Below, in pieces: positions 16,963 through 17,543 of a DNA stretch of 17,543 bases. The notes below the pieces were generated by a model. It worked only from the letters and a program-made list of their open reading frames with translations. It did no database searches and was not told the origin of the DNA. Origin of the DNA: Pseudomonadota bacterium (GTDB lineage Bacteria; Bdellovibrionota; Bdellovibrionia; Bdellovibrionales; SG-bin7); NCBI GenBank assembly GCA_034439715.1, contig JAWXAY010000071.1, positions 1 to 17,543 of the forward strand. The letters run 5' to 3'. Made by a program: the position numbers and the translations under genes. Each line of letters starts with the position of its first letter. Position 1 is the first letter of the stretch.

Positions 16963-17409
16963 ATGACCCCTCAACGAAAAATATTAATAGTAGATCCCAA
17001 ACTCCAGTATCGGATTATGGGGATGATAATTGCGAGCGGTATCGGCGTATGCCTGGTGTTTCTCGGGGCCTTTTTTTACGTCATGACCAAAATATTTGAT
17101 GTATTAATTCAGGTCGATGGGCTCTCTCCTGAGGAAAAGATGGAGCTATTCCAGAGCTGGAACAAAATGCTGAATTTAATGGTGGTACTCGTCGGGTCGA
17201 CCCTTGCCGGCGTATGGATGTGGGCCCACTTTTTTACCAACAAGATTGTTGGCCCTATATTTAACACAATTAAAAAGCTTGATGAGTACTTGGCTGGAGA
17301 TCTTAGTGTGCGAGTACATCTCCGAAAAAAGGATTACTTTCAAAGTTTAGCCGTAAAGATCAATCAAGTTCTCGACAAGGTGTCGGAGCCTAATAAATCT
17401 AAATCTTAA
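16963..17409 (+). CDS. two-TM membrane protein with C-terminal HAMP-like domain, no output domain
   Basis: Two hydrophobic helices, then 'KIVGPIFNTIKKLDEYLAGDLSVRVHLRKKDYFQSLAVKINQV'; AAGGAAG RBS. Confidence 0.75.
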   Translation: MTPQRKILIVDPKLQYRIMGMIIASGIGVCLVFLGAFFYVMTKIFDVLIQVDGLSPEEKMELFQSWNKMLNLMVVLVGSTLAGVWMWAHFFTNKIVGPIFNTIKKLDEYLAGDLSVRVHLRKKDYFQSLAVKINQVLDKVSEPNKSKS

Positions 17410-17543
17410 AAACTGATACCCTTTGTTGGGTATACCGGGTGAGATTTAAGGGCCATTTTCACAAAATAAGTTTCTAACTTTGTTTAATTTTTTCACTAAC
17501 GCGTCGAAAAAATAAGTGAAACCTTCCAATTTTAAATTCTCCT

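Overview
Bacterial chromosomal window, most consistent with a Bdellovibrio-like predatory organism (inferred from gene content and order, not from a search). From about 1550 to the end it looks like core genome: tRNA-His(GUG), a Cys-rich FecR-domain protein, a GT2 glycosyltransferase, a probable outer-membrane protein, dnaJ-dnaK (no grpE), a sigma54-type type IVa pilin with an accessory gene, clpS-clpA, a lipoprotein, htpX, a DMT transporter, an Slt-type lytic transglycosylase lipoprotein and a 2TM-HAMP protein. The left ~1.5 kb looks like the edge of an element integrated at the tRNA-His 3' end. It carries a DUF6602-like PD-(D/E)xK nuclease and a small membrane ORF. The most unusual structure is a perfect 17-bp copy of the tRNA 3' end in INVERTED orientation 195 bp downstream of the tRNA. 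The two copies enclose three helically phased TGTCATCA repeats, an IHF-like site and a palindrome at their symmetry centre. All family assignments are from motif recognition by eye.
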